DNA of 43,162 nucleotides from Candidatus Aenigmatarchaeota archaeon. Lineage in GTDB: Archaea; Aenigmatarchaeota; Aenigmatarchaeia; GW2011-AR5; JAHLMP01. Positions 27,517 through 36,147 of this stretch are shown piece by piece. Each line of letters begins with the position of its first letter. The first letter of the stretch is position 1. The DNA lies in contig JAWBTS010000001.1 of the NCBI GenBank assembly GCA_039000375.1, forward strand, positions 1 to 43,162, written 5' to 3'. The notes below the pieces were generated by a model. The model ran no database searches, was not told the DNA's origin, and was given only the letters and a program-made list of their open reading frames with translations. Made by a program: the position numbers and the translations under genes.

Positions 27517-29202
27517 TTATTCTTCAGATTCTTTTATAATCTTCATTAGTCTTTCTCTTTCTTTATAAAACATTTCGACGTATTTCGCAACTTTAGAAAT
27601 AGATCTTATGTTATTTTTTATAAGCCAGTCTAACACAAGCTTTCTTTGCTCTATATCTCTATAAATTTCTCTTAGTGATATACCTCTATCTATTGATATC
27701 TTATTCAATACCCAAGAATAGCCTTTGAATTCTATTTTGTCTTCTGCAGGAATCCACACAAATGATCTAATTGCATTTGCATTTCCCGTTGTTTTATCTA
27801 TATTTTGGATTTCTAAAACTTCTTTTATTCTTCTTGCACTTTTTCCTTTTTCTTTTGCATGTATCATTATGATAACAATATCTAATATTTCTATTAAGTA
27901 AGGCGAAAGTTCTATAGGAGGAGATTCCAACCTCTTTATCATATCTTCTAGGCTTGCTGCATGCATAGTAGCAAAAGAAGGGTGCCCAGAGGCCATGCCT
28001 TGAAACATTACATAAGCCTCTTTACCTCTTATTTCTCCAACGACAAGATAATCCGGATTTTGTCTAAAGCTTTCTCTAAGAAGATCAAACATTGTAATTT
28101 CTCCTATTCCAGATGCACCGAAAGCAGGACGAGCCACGCCAGGAATCCAATGTTCATGTGGTAGCATCAGTTCTCGAGTATCTTCTATAGAAACTATCTT
28201 AGCTTCGTAAGGTATAAAAACAGATATAGCATTAAGTAGAGATGTTTTTCCTGTAGATGTGCCACCACAAATCATTATGTTTCTTTTAGCTTCTATTACA
28301 TACCATAGATAAGCCATAAGCTCAGAAGATGCTGTATTAAGCATAATTAAGTCTATCGGAGATAATGGTTCTTCTTTGAATTTTCTTATTGAGAAAGTCG
28401 GGCCCCTTGTTGTAACATCACCAGTAAGTGTTGCTTGTACTCTCGAACCATCTGGCAAACTACCGTCGAGTAAAGGTTCAGCATAACTAATGTAGCGATC
28501 GCATCTTTCAGCAAGTTTTACTACAAATTCTCTCAACTTTTCAATATCGTTATATACTATATTAGTTTTTATCGATCCAAGTTTTTGATGAACAACATAT
28601 ACAGGAAGATTTATACCATCTACGCCTATATCTTCGATAAAAGGGTCATTCATTAATGGTTCTATCTCATTTAACCCCACAAAATCTCTATATATATAAT
28701 ACATTATTTTCAGATACTCTCTTTTAGATATTTTTATTCCATATTGGGACAAAAGATTTTGAACCTTTTCTTCTAAAAACTCTATCATCTTTTCTTTATT
28801 TTTTATTGCTGTTGGAGAAACATCTATTATTTGAGTTAATCCTCTTTTTATCTTTTCTATTATTTCCTTTTCATTTTCATACAATGGTGGCTCTATTACA
28901 TTATATATCAAATTTCCTGAGATAGGATCCTTTCTTATCAAAGCAAAAGCATATGGGTATATCAGCGGATATCTGATTGGTGGTTGCATCGAAGTTATTA
29001 TAGGCCTTTTTTCTGTGAATATTTTAAATTTTGGAAATTCATAAGAGGATTCGAATCTCTTGAACTTCTCTACTTTTTCTTTCTCAGGTCTCATTAATTT
29101 AAGTAAGAGAGATGCTCTCGTCTCTTTAACTATTTTTTCTTCACTATCAGCTTTTTTCTTCTTCGAGAAAATTCTTTTTAATTTTTCTAACATAAAAATC
29201 AT
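27517..29202 (-). CDS. FlaI/PilB-type (type II/IV secretion family) assembly ATPase
   Basis: Walker A ICGGTSTGKTSLLNA, Walker B/Asp box PDYLVVGEIRGKEAYV, His box ATMHA. 561 aa with an archaeal FlaI-like N-terminal domain. Confidence 0.85.
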   Translation of the reverse strand: MIFMLEKLKRIFSKKKKADSEEKIVKETRASLLLKLMRPEKEKVEKFKRFESSYEFPKFKIFTEKRPIITSMQPPIRYPLIYPYAFALIRKDPISGNLIYNVIEPPLYENEKEIIEKIKRGLTQIIDVSPTAIKNKEKMIEFLEEKVQNLLSQYGIKISKREYLKIMYYIYRDFVGLNEIEPLMNDPFIEDIGVDGINLPVYVVHQKLGSIKTNIVYNDIEKLREFVVKLAERCDRYISYAEPLLDGSLPDGSRVQATLTGDVTTRGPTFSIRKFKEEPLSPIDLIMLNTASSELMAYLWYVIEAKRNIMICGGTSTGKTSLLNAISVFIPYEAKIVSIEDTRELMLPHEHWIPGVARPAFGASGIGEITMFDLLRESFRQNPDYLVVGEIRGKEAYVMFQGMASGHPSFATMHAASLEDMIKRLESPPIELSPYLIEILDIVIIMIHAKEKGKSARRIKEVLEIQNIDKTTGNANAIRSFVWIPAEDKIEFKGYSWVLNKISIDRGISLREIYRDIEQRKLVLDWLIKNNIRSISKVAKYVEMFYKERERLMKIIKESEE

Positions 29203-29222
29203 ATCTAAAAGTAGTTTCGAAA

Positions 29223-29498
29223 TTACTCTTCTCTCATTGGTCTACTTTTTCTACTTTTTCCTATCTTTACTATGCCTCTATGCCTTGCACATTGCACACA
29301 AACATAGATTTTTCTTTTTAATGGTATTGTCTTTATTTCCATCTCTTTTTTTAGATAAGGATCCGAAATTCCAAAAGATTTATATATTGCTATCGTTTTG
29401 TATCTCGGAACGAGCTTTTTACAAAATCCACAACTTATATATTTTTCCTTTCCTCTTGTTCCTGTATGCTTGTAAATTCTTTTATAAGGTGCTGCCAT
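29223..29498 (-). CDS. rps26e: Ribosomal protein eS26
   Basis: 91 aa, ISCGFCKKLVPRYKTI...YVCVQCARHRGIVKIGKSRKSR matches the eS26 pattern (C..C..vPkdKAi ... YCvSCAiH..vV). Confidence 0.8.
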   Translation of the reverse strand: MAAPYKRIYKHTGTRGKEKYISCGFCKKLVPRYKTIAIYKSFGISDPYLKKEMEIKTIPLKRKIYVCVQCARHRGIVKIGKSRKSRPMREE

Positions 29499-29563
29499 AA
29501 AAATAAGATTATTACAAAACCATATAAATCTTATAATTTAGTTATAACAATCAAGTTTGTAAT

Positions 29564-29872
29564 TTAAATTAAAAGATTAAGAGCAAAGAAAATAGAAAAG
29601 CCAATAATTCCTGCTAGTATACTATTTAAAATGCCTTCGCTTTTGTTGAATATTACAGAAATTAAAATCCACATAAAGAGATCCGTCACAACTAATGGAA
29701 AGACTCGAAAAAAGTAATATAAAAATTGTGAGAGATAAAGAAAATAGAGAAATAAAATTATTGTAGATAAGATTATATTTTTGGCTCCAGTCTTTCTAAT
29801 TATAATGTAATTTCCTAACGTAACCGAGGAGAAGACAGTTAAAAGATATTTTATTGTTGTAAAGTAAAGCAT
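29564..29872 (-). CDS. Small polytopic membrane protein, unknown function
   Basis: 102 aa with three to four hydrophobic helices and no recognisable motif. Confidence 0.35.
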   Translation of the reverse strand: MLYFTTIKYLLTVFSSVTLGNYIIIRKTGAKNIILSTIILFLYFLYLSQFLYYFFRVFPLVVTDLFMWILISVIFNKSEGILNSILAGIIGFSIFFALNLLI

Positions 29873-29963
29873 ATCATCAACTCTTATACTTAGACAATTT
29901 TATCTCGAAGATAATTCTGAATAATTTTTTAAATCTTTCTATGATTTAATAATTTATATTAGA

Positions 29964-29971
29964 TTTAAAAT
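29964..29971 (+). promoter_or_regulatory. TATA-like element upstream of the thermosome gene
   Basis: TTTAAAAT about 40 nt upstream of the ATG (30005). AGGTGA Shine-Dalgarno-like motif at 29993-29998. Confidence 0.3.
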
Positions 29972-30004
29972 ATCTTTCCTTCCAACTTTATTAGGTGAGA
30001 TTAC

Positions 30005-31633
30005 ATGAATGGCGGTTTAGTTCAACCTATATTAGTATTGCCAGAGGGTACAATAAGACAGACTGGCAAGGATGCACAAAGAAGAAATATAGAAGCAGCA
30101 AAAGCAATAGCAGATGCAGTAAGAACTACTTTAGGGCCAAGAGGAATGGATAAAATGTTAATATCGAGCATAGGGGATGTAATAATAACAAATGATGGAG
30201 CAACAATATTGGATGAAATGGAAATAGAACATCCAGCAGCAAAGATGATGGTAGAAATAGCAAAAACGCAAGAAGAAGAGGTTGGTGATGGAACAACTAC
30301 TGCAGTAGTTATTGCTGGAGAACTATTGAAAAAGGCAGAAGAGCTACTCGAACAGAATTTACATCCAATAACAATTGCAAAAGGATTTAGAATGGCAGCA
30401 ACAAAATCACTGGAAATATTAGATAAGATTGCAGAAAAGGTAACAATAGACGATGTAGAACTTTTAGAGAAGATTGCAATGACAGCAATGACCGGAAAGA
30501 GCGGAGAATCAGCAAAAGAGAGCTTAGCAAAGCTTGCTGTAGAAGCAGTAAATTCTGTTGCTGAGAAGATTGGAGAAAAAGTAGTGATAAACAAAGATGA
30601 TATAAAGATAGAAAAGAAGCAGGGAGGCAGTTTAGATGATACAAGATTAATAAAAGGTATAGTAATTGATAAGGAAGCTGCACATCCCAATATGCCAAAA
30701 AGAATTGAAAAAGCAAAGATATTACTCGTAGAGAGTGCTTTAGAAATAAAATCAACAGAAACAGAGGCAAAGATAGAGATAACCTCACCAGAGAAGATGC
30801 AAGAATTCTTGCAACAAGAAACAAAGATGTTAAAAGAGATAGCTGAAAAAGTTATTAAAACAGGATGTAATGTCGTTTTCTGTCAGAAAGGAATCGATGA
30901 CTTAGTACTACATTATCTAGCGAAGAATAAAGTTTTAGCTGTAAGAAGAGTAAAGGAAAGCGATATGAGCAAGCTGGCTAAAGCAACGGGAGCAACAATT
31001 ATAAGTAACTTGGACGAAGTAAGTGAAAGCGACTTGGGTTACGCTGGCCTGGTAGAAGAAAGAAAGATTGCTGGCGAATCAATGATCTTTGTAGAGAATT
31101 GCAAAAATCCAAAGTCGGTTACTATACTAATAAGAGGAGGTACAGAGCACGTAGTCGATGAAGCTAAGAGAGCAATGGAAGACGCTGTTTTAGGTGTTAT
31201 CTCAGCAATAGAAGGAGGAAAATACGTAGTAGGCGGTGGAGCAATAGAGATAGAATTGGCACTAAGATTAAGAGAATATGCACAATCAGTTGGAGGAAGG
31301 GAGCAATTAGGAATTACTAAGTTCGCAGAAGCTTTAGAGATAATTCCAAAAACATTAGCAGAGAGCGCAGGAATGGATCCTATTGATGTGGTAGTAGAGC
31401 TAATTTCTCAGCATGGAAAAGGAAACAAATACATGGGAGTAGATGTTATACACACTAAGATAGAGGATATGAAGAAACTAGGAGTTATAGAGCCTTTGAA
31501 AATAAAAACACAAGCAATAAAGTCTGCAGCAGAAGCTACAGAAATGATTCTAAGAATAGATGATGTTATAGCGGCATCTAAGTCAGGTTCAAAGTCATCT
31601 GAAAAGTTCGGCAAAGAAGAACCAGAGTACTAA
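30005..31633 (+). CDS. ths: Thermosome subunit (group II chaperonin)
   Basis: [38 protein letters not shown] and a C-terminal charged tail. 542 aa. Confidence 0.95.
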   Translation: MNGGLVQPILVLPEGTIRQTGKDAQRRNIEAAKAIADAVRTTLGPRGMDKMLISSIGDVIITNDGATILDEMEIEHPAAKMMVEIAKTQEEEVGDGTTTAVVIAGELLKKAEELLEQNLHPITIAKGFRMAATKSLEILDKIAEKVTIDDVELLEKIAMTAMTGKSGESAKESLAKLAVEAVNSVAEKIGEKVVINKDDIKIEKKQGGSLDDTRLIKGIVIDKEAAHPNMPKRIEKAKILLVESALEIKSTETEAKIEITSPEKMQEFLQQETKMLKEIAEKVIKTGCNVVFCQKGIDDLVLHYLAKNKVLAVRRVKESDMSKLAKATGATIISNLDEVSESDLGYAGLVEERKIAGESMIFVENCKNPKSVTILIRGGTEHVVDEAKRAMEDAVLGVISAIEGGKYVVGGGAIEIELALRLREYAQSVGGREQLGITKFAEALEIIPKTLAESAGMDPIDVVVELISQHGKGNKYMGVDVIHTKIEDMKKLGVIEPLKIKTQAIKSAAEATEMILRIDDVIAASKSGSKSSEKFGKEEPEY

Positions 31634-31667
31634 TTTTTATTTTTTATTTTCTATTTTTCAAATTTTT
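31634..31667 (+). terminator. Oligo-T rich stretch after the thermosome gene
   Basis: TTTTTATTTTTTATTTTCTATTTTTCAAATTTTT lies directly after the stop codon. Archaeal termination commonly uses oligo-T tracts. Confidence 0.3.
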
Positions 31668-31701
31668 GTAGATATTTTTTTCAACTATTTTGAATACAAA
31701 C

Positions 31702-32178
31702 TCAACTGAATACAACCTCAATAAAATCTCCAACATAATGTGATAAAACAATTACTATCAATGCAATAATCAAATGTTCGATGACAACCTTATATGGTTT
31801 TTTATTCTGCTCTATTGAAATATTATAGCTGAAGATTCCTATTAAAGAAAATCCCCAAACTATACATGCTATAATAGCAAAAGATAAAGGAAATATTAGT
31901 ATAGGAATCGCAAATGTTAATGCAAAAATAAATTTTGCAATAAACGTTACTATAGTAGCTTCCCATATCTCTTTTTGTGTGTGCTTATTTTCAGATTCTT
32001 CTGATATATGTATTCCAAGAGCATCAGAGAGCGCATCGGCAATAGCTATTGTTAATATGCCTCCTATTATAACTAATTTAGAATGAGTACCAGAATGTAA
32101 CCCAATTATTAATCCAAGTGTTGTTATAATTCCAGAAGTAAGACCAAAACTAAGTCCTGTTTTAATCGAGTGTCTCAT
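31702..32178 (-). CDS. VIT1/CCC1-like (DUF125) small integral membrane protein
   Basis: GLSFGLTSGIITTLGLIIGL...IAIADALSDALGIHISEESE, followed by three more helices. Resembles the membrane domain of VIT-family proteins. Confidence 0.5.
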   Translation of the reverse strand: MRHSIKTGLSFGLTSGIITTLGLIIGLHSGTHSKLVIIGGILTIAIADALSDALGIHISEESENKHTQKEIWEATIVTFIAKFIFALTFAIPILIFPLSFAIIACIVWGFSLIGIFSYNISIEQNKKPYKVVIEHLIIALIVIVLSHYVGDFIEVVFS

Positions 32179-32259
32179 TAATAGTTTTTTGTTTTCACAA
32201 TTATTTATAATTAGTTTTATGTTTTATTAGATTTCTTTAATAAAATGGGCCCGAGGAGA

Positions 32260-32278
32260 TTTTCAAAGCTTAATAAAT
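32260..32278 (-). other. 19-nt T-loop (59/60) intron of the Pro-like tRNA
   Basis: UUCAAA-AUUUAUUAAGCUUUGAAAA-U. UUCA pairs 4/4 with UGAA, with bulges AA|A and AA|U. Removal restores UUCAAAU. Confidence 0.7.
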
Positions 32279-32303
32279 TTTGAACTCCTGTCTCGAGCTC
32301 CCT

Positions 32304-32315
32304 TTAAGCTCGGTT
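32304..32315 (-). other. 12-nt mini-intron in the anticodon loop (33/34) of the Pro-like tRNA
   Basis: AACCGAGCUUAA: GAGC (28-31) pairs with the intron GCUU, with bulges CU|A and AA|A, and UCC pairs with GGG as the outer helix. The product loop is CUAGGGA. Confidence 0.5.
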
Positions 32316-32430
32316 AGGCTCGGATCCTAGACCAAGCTAGACGACGGGCCCAATTTAAATTTATGATGGACTCATATTAAGTTTATAAATATATCTATGG
32401 TTTATTATTTAATAAGTTGGGTGTGATAAA

Positions 32431-32598
32431 ATGGTAACGGTATTAAAAGATAAATGTATTGGTTGCGGAGCTTGTGCAGCAATATGCCCTGAAGGTTTTG
32501 AATTAAAAAAAGGAAAATCTCATGTTAAGAACTCTAAAGCAAAGTGTATAAAAGAGGCAGCCGCTTCTTGTCCTGTAGGAGCCATTGTATTAGATTAA
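32431..32598 (+). CDS. Small monocluster-type ferredoxin (55 aa; below the ORF-track cutoff)
   Basis: Hand translation: MVTVLKDKCIGCGACAAICPEGFELKKGKSHVKNSKAKCIKEAAASCPVGAIVLD. It has CxxCxxCxxxCP plus a distal C...CP, followed by an oligo-T tract. Confidence 0.7.
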   Translation: MVTVLKDKCIGCGACAAICPEGFELKKGKSHVKNSKAKCIKEAAASCPVGAIVLD

Positions 32599-32675
32599 TT
32601 TTTTTTCTTTATTTTATTTTCGACTCTTTTGGTTGCGATGACATTTTTTGTAGTAATCTCAATTCAGGGTTATGA

Positions 32676-32691
32676 TTTAAAAATTTAAAAT
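32676..32691 (+). promoter_or_regulatory. Tandem TATA-like elements upstream of the rps13 operon
   Basis: TTTAAAAATTTAAAAT lies 35-50 nt upstream of the ATG (32726). GGTGA Shine-Dalgarno-like motif at 32716-32720. Confidence 0.3.
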
Positions 32692-32725
32692 AATATTAGA
32701 ATTCTTAATTGTATTTGGTGAATAC

Positions 32726-33241
32726 ATGGCAGAAAAAGAGAAAATTGTTGGAAAAGAGGAAAAAGATGAAAAAGGAATCGTAAGAATAGTAGGATTTGAT
32801 ATAGATGCCTCTCTATCTGTTATAAATGGTCTTAGAAGAATAAAGGGAATAAGTTTTATGTTTGCAAATGCCATTTGCAAAAAACTTGGGATTAACCCAA
32901 GAATGAAAATAGGAGAATTGAGCGAAGAAAAGATAAAAGAAATGGAAAATTTCATAAAAAATCCAAAAGATATTCCAACATGGCTTTTAAATAGAAGAAA
33001 AGATTTAACAACAGGAAAGGACATTCACTTAACTGGAGGAGATTTAGATTTGAAAATAAAAGAAGATATCGAGTTTTTGAAAAAGATAAGAGCTTATCGT
33101 GGTATTCGTCATGAAATGGGATTACCTGTTAGAGGACAAAGAACTGGTGGAAAGAGTTTTAGAAAAGGAAAGACTATAGGAGTAATAAAGAAGAAAGAAG
33201 CACAAAAATCATCTAAAAAAGAAAAAAGTGAAAAGAAGTAG
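32726..33241 (+). CDS. rps13: Ribosomal protein uS13
   Basis: IVRIVGFDIDASLSVINGLRRIKGISFMFANAICKKLGI...YRGIRHEMGLPVRGQRT. Confidence 0.9.
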   Translation: MAEKEKIVGKEEKDEKGIVRIVGFDIDASLSVINGLRRIKGISFMFANAICKKLGINPRMKIGELSEEKIKEMENFIKNPKDIPTWLLNRRKDLTTGKDIHLTGGDLDLKIKEDIEFLKKIRAYRGIRHEMGLPVRGQRTGGKSFRKGKTIGVIKKKEAQKSSKKEKSEKK

Positions 33242-33249
33242 GTGATTAT

Positions 33250-33720
33250 ATGGGACATCCTAGAAAATTAAAAAAGAAATATAAATCACCTAAAAAACCT
33301 TTTAAAAATTTGGAAGAAGAGAGAAAGCTATTAAAAGAATATGGACTAAAGAAAAAGAGAGAAATTTGGCGTGCTGAAGCAGAATTAAAAAAGATTAGAA
33401 GAAGAGCTATGAACTTGAATGCAATAAAAGATAAAGAAGAAGAGAAAAAGTTAATAGAAAAATTAAGAAAAATGGGACTTGAAGTTAATTCACTTGATGA
33501 TATTTTAAAATTGGAAGTTAAAGATTTGCTCGAAAGAAGATTGCAAACAATTGTTTATAGAAAAGGTTTAAGTAAGAGTATAAAGCATGCTCGCCAACTA
33601 ATAGTTCATGGCAAAGTAAAGATAAATGGAAGAAAGGTTCCATTTCCAGGTTTTATAGTTCCGAAAGATTTGGAAGATAAAATAGTTGTAGTCTCAAAAG
33701 AGGTGGGTAGCAATGAGTAA
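33250..33720 (+). CDS. rps4: Ribosomal protein uS4
   Basis: [18 protein letters not shown]... and the S4 RNA-binding domain [41 protein letters not shown] Shine-Dalgarno motif at 33241-33246. Confidence 0.9.
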   Translation: MGHPRKLKKKYKSPKKPFKNLEEERKLLKEYGLKKKREIWRAEAELKKIRRRAMNLNAIKDKEEEKKLIEKLRKMGLEVNSLDDILKLEVKDLLERRLQTIVYRKGLSKSIKHARQLIVHGKVKINGRKVPFPGFIVPKDLEDKIVVVSKEVGSNE

Positions 33721-34105
33721 AAAGATAAGATGGGGAATAGCGCACATATATTCCTCTATAAATAATACGATAGTTCATATAACAGATATCACCGGAAGCC
33801 AGACAATAGCAAGATTCAGTGGAGGGCAATTTACAGATAAAGATAGATTGAAAGGAAAAGCATATCCTGCAATGAAAGCAGCAAGAAAAGCAGCTGAATT
33901 AGCGATTGCAGCAGGCATTACTGGTTTACATATAAGAGTTAGAGGTCAAGGTGGTAATAAAAGCATATTACCAGGTGAAGGAGCTCAGCCTGCGATAAGA
34001 ACATTGGCAAGAAGTGGGTTAAAGATAGGAAGAATAGAGGATGTGACACCAATTCCTACAGATCATTGTAGAAAGAAAGGTGGAAGAAGAGGAAGAAGGG
34101 TATAA
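33713..34105 (+). CDS. rps11: Ribosomal protein uS11
   Basis: [22 protein letters not shown]...[12 protein letters not shown]...[40 protein letters not shown]. Overlaps rps4 by 8 nt. Confidence 0.92.
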   Translation: MSKKIRWGIAHIYSSINNTIVHITDITGSQTIARFSGGQFTDKDRLKGKAYPAMKAARKAAELAIAAGITGLHIRVRGQGGNKSILPGEGAQPAIRTLARSGLKIGRIEDVTPIPTDHCRKKGGRRGRRV

Positions 34106-34158
34106 AAATTTAGAATTTATATTTAATCAAGATAATCAATACTTTGAGGCGAATTTTG

Positions 34159-34767
34159 ATGGATGTAAAAATTATTGAAGAAAATGACAGAAAAATAAAA
34201 TTTTCTATAAGCGGAATTGGAAGTGCCTTAGCAAATTCTTTAAGAAGAGTTATGATGTCTGAGATACCAACATTAGCTATAGATAAAGTTGAATTCTATC
34301 AAAATTCTTCAGGACTTTTCGATGAGGTCATAGCTCATCGTTTGGGCTTGATACCACTAAAATTTAATCCAAAAAAATATAATCTAAAATCAGAATGTAA
34401 ATGTAAAGGAAAAGGTTGTAGCCTCTGCGAAGTTAAATTAAGCTTTGATACAAAAAATCTTACAGAAGAGAGCGATTATACAGTAACTTCTAAAGATTTA
34501 GAGTCAGAAGATCCAGAAGTAAAGCCACTCTATGATGATATTCCAATAGTCGAACTTCTAAAAGGTCAGAAACTAAAATTTGTTGCAACAGCAAGATTAG
34601 GATTAGGAAAAGAGCATGCCAAATGGCAAGGAGCTATAGTAGGTATTGAGGAAAAGAAAGACGAATTTATTTTTGATGTAGAATCCGCTTGTGGTCTAAC
34701 AGCAAGAGAGGTTTTAGAAACAGCAATAAAAGTTTTAGAAAATAAAATAAAAAACTTTAAGATATAA
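34159..34767 (+). CDS. rpoD: DNA-directed RNA polymerase subunit D (Rpo3)
   Basis: FSISGIGSALANSLRRVMMSEIPTLAIDKVEFYQNSSGLFDEVIAHRLGLIPL, a Cys cluster CKCKGKGCSLC, and KWQ near the C-terminus. The ORF track starts at a TTG (34144); the ATG at 34159 is used. Confidence 0.88.
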   Translation: MDVKIIEENDRKIKFSISGIGSALANSLRRVMMSEIPTLAIDKVEFYQNSSGLFDEVIAHRLGLIPLKFNPKKYNLKSECKCKGKGCSLCEVKLSFDTKNLTEESDYTVTSKDLESEDPEVKPLYDDIPIVELLKGQKLKFVATARLGLGKEHAKWQGAIVGIEEKKDEFIFDVESACGLTAREVLETAIKVLENKIKNFKI

Positions 34768-34805
34768 AAATTCTTATTATTTTGCAGGGGTAGCCAAGTG
34801 GTCAA

Positions 34806-34816
34806 ATCTTGACCAA
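34806..34816 (+). other. 11-nt D-loop intron of tRNA-Leu
   Basis: GGUC-AA|A-UCUU-GACC-AA|A: a 4-bp helix GGUC/GACC with two AA|A bulges. Removal gives the standard Leu D-loop AAGUGGUCAAA. Confidence 0.65.
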
Positions 34817-34832
34817 AGGCGCAGGACTTAAG

Positions 34833-34879
34833 TTTAAAACTTAAGTTATGATCGCTGCTTGCGAGATGATTTTTGAGAT
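34833..34879 (+). other. Canonical 37/38 intron of tRNA-Leu (47 nt)
   Basis: CUUA (32-35) pairs with UGAG at the intron 3' end, with bulges AG|U and AU|A. Confidence 0.75.
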
Positions 34880-35483
34880 ATCCTGTGGCTTAGTGCCTTC
34901 CTGGGTTCGAATCCCAGCCCCTGCATACACTTTAGGTATTAAAGCTTTTCGGTTATACCCATCTTCAGTAGAATTTCTAACTGGAAATTTTAAGGAAGTT
35001 AACTGAATTCTTTACTCTCATCTTTCTCTAGAGCTTAATACTTGAAAATGTTATTTTGCATAAAATATTGGTGAAAAATATAAAATTTATTTATTCCTTT
35101 TATTTCCTTTCACTCTTTTCTCATACTGCCTAACTAATAAGCAAAGTGTTTGCACAAAACTTCAAGCTTTCTTGTCTAGATACTCCTATATTAAGTCTAA
35201 AGAAGTTCTATACATCGTTATCGTCATGGTTCTTAAACTTAAGAAGCGGTTTTGTTCAACTTTGAATTTGAAAATTCTCTTATTTTCTACGGGAAACTAG
35301 AAAGGTATTAGCCTTATGATTTTTGACAAGTAAAGCTGAATGAGTATTTGATTAATTTTCTGAATAACTAATTTACTTTTTCAAAATATCTTTTTATAGA
35401 AATGTGTTACCTGAATATTACCTTTTTTGGCATTTTATTATTCAAATGATAGGAAAACTTGTTAAAAAGTTTTAATCTTTGTT

Positions 35484-35786
35484 TTATTCGTAAAAAGACT
35501 TACACAACTTTACTTGTTTCTTAATTGTGTTAATGAATTTTTTGAAAAGTTTTATTTCTTTAGCTATACCATAAAATGCTATTAGACTCCAAACTATGTT
35601 TAAAGTAGCCGGAGGATAAGCACCATTAGCAATCGCATTAATTGCAATACATATTCCTCCGAATAAATTCATAGCATGATAAATCTTAGATTCTCTATCC
35701 AATTTCTTGCTGGTAATGAGAAAATAAGCTAATAGAATCATAGCCATTCCTGTCCATCCAATTATTTCAATGGATATACTACTCAT
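35484..35786 (-). CDS. Small three-helix membrane protein, family uncertain
   Basis: 100 aa with three hydrophobic helices (IGWTGMAMILLAYFLI; NLFGGICIAINAI; LNIVWSLIAFYGI). Flanked by 558-nt and 361-nt non-coding gaps. Confidence 0.45.
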   Translation of the reverse strand: MSSISIEIIGWTGMAMILLAYFLITSKKLDRESKIYHAMNLFGGICIAINAIANGAYPPATLNIVWSLIAFYGIAKEIKLFKKFINTIKKQVKLCKSFYE

Positions 35787-36147
35787 AATTTAGTTTATGC
35801 AAGAATTTATTATAAAAGATTTATTTTAATAGCCACATAGGGAAGAGAGTAAGGCAATTGGAGTTATTACAAACATACATTACTTATTTTCTTGGTCGGA
35901 AAAATTTATATATGAAAATAAGAATGGAATTAAATTCCTTACTTTGAGTTTATTAGTTTTAGATGATTTATTATAAATTTATTTAGTTTAAGCCAAGCTC
36001 TTTTGTGAAATTTAAACAGATTTTTTAGTCTTGAAATATCGAGCTATTTAATTGCTTTAGAAGAATTTTCTGTAGATAGTTTAGTGTTTTTTTCACGGAG
36101 TTAACTTATAATAATTTAATTCGATATTCAAAATTTTAAATAAACTC

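Larger units (their letters stand above)
32246..32351 (-). tRNA. tRNA with two predicted introns; provisional Pro-type with anticodon AGG (isotype uncertain)
   Basis: GGGCCCG-UC-GUCU-AGCUUGGUCUA-GGAU-C-CGAGC-[19 nt]-GCUCG-AGAC-AGGAG-[26 nt]-CUCCU-CGGGCCC-A. 106 nt = 75 + 12 + 19. The identity as a tRNA gene is solid; the anticodon assignment is not. Confidence 0.75.
34784..34925 (+). tRNA. tRNA-Leu (UAA), class II, with D-loop and anticodon-loop introns
   Basis: GCAGGGG-UA-GCC-AAGUGGUCAA[11 nt]A-GGC-G-CAGGA-CUUAAG[47 nt]A-UCCUG-UGGCUUAGUGCCUUC-CUGGG-UUCGAAU-CCCAG-CCCCUGC-A. 142 nt = 84 + 11 + 47. Confidence 0.88.

Noticed and set aside
24614-28164. Short plus-strand ORFs inside pcm, polB and the ATPase gene (24614-24805, 24841-25026, 25286-25528, 26025-26207, 27961-28164)
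   Set aside because: They are antisense to strongly supported CDSs and have low-complexity translations.
29060-29500. Plus-strand 146-aa ORF
   Set aside because: It overlaps the 5' end of the ATPase gene and all of rps26e in antisense. eS26 is recognisable from its Cys motifs, whereas this frame is Phe/Leu/Ser noise.
30022-30824. Two long minus-strand ORFs (222 and 145 aa) inside the thermosome gene
   Set aside because: They are antisense to an unambiguous chaperonin CDS. Their translations are low-complexity Ser/Ile/Leu/Phe strings, typical of reverse frames of Lys/Glu/Ala-rich genes.
32246-32351. Alternative reading of the odd tRNA as Val(AAC), with a 12-nt intron at or near 37/38
   Set aside because: A canonical 37/38 cut gives the loop CUAACCA with a pyrimidine at 37, and only 2 of 4 central-helix pairs (CUAA against AAAG). 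The 33/34 model gives a full bulge-helix-bulge and a purine at 37. This is not fully excluded, and both readings keep A34.
32677-33024. Minus-strand 115-aa ORF
   Set aside because: It is antisense to rps13, which is clearly identified.
34833-34879. Possible C/D box sRNA embedded in tRNA introns (as reported for some archaeal tRNA-Trp introns)
   Set aside because: The Leu, Gln and Thr introns contain AUGAU- or GAUGA-like strings. None has an exact RUGAUGA followed by a correctly spaced CUGA.
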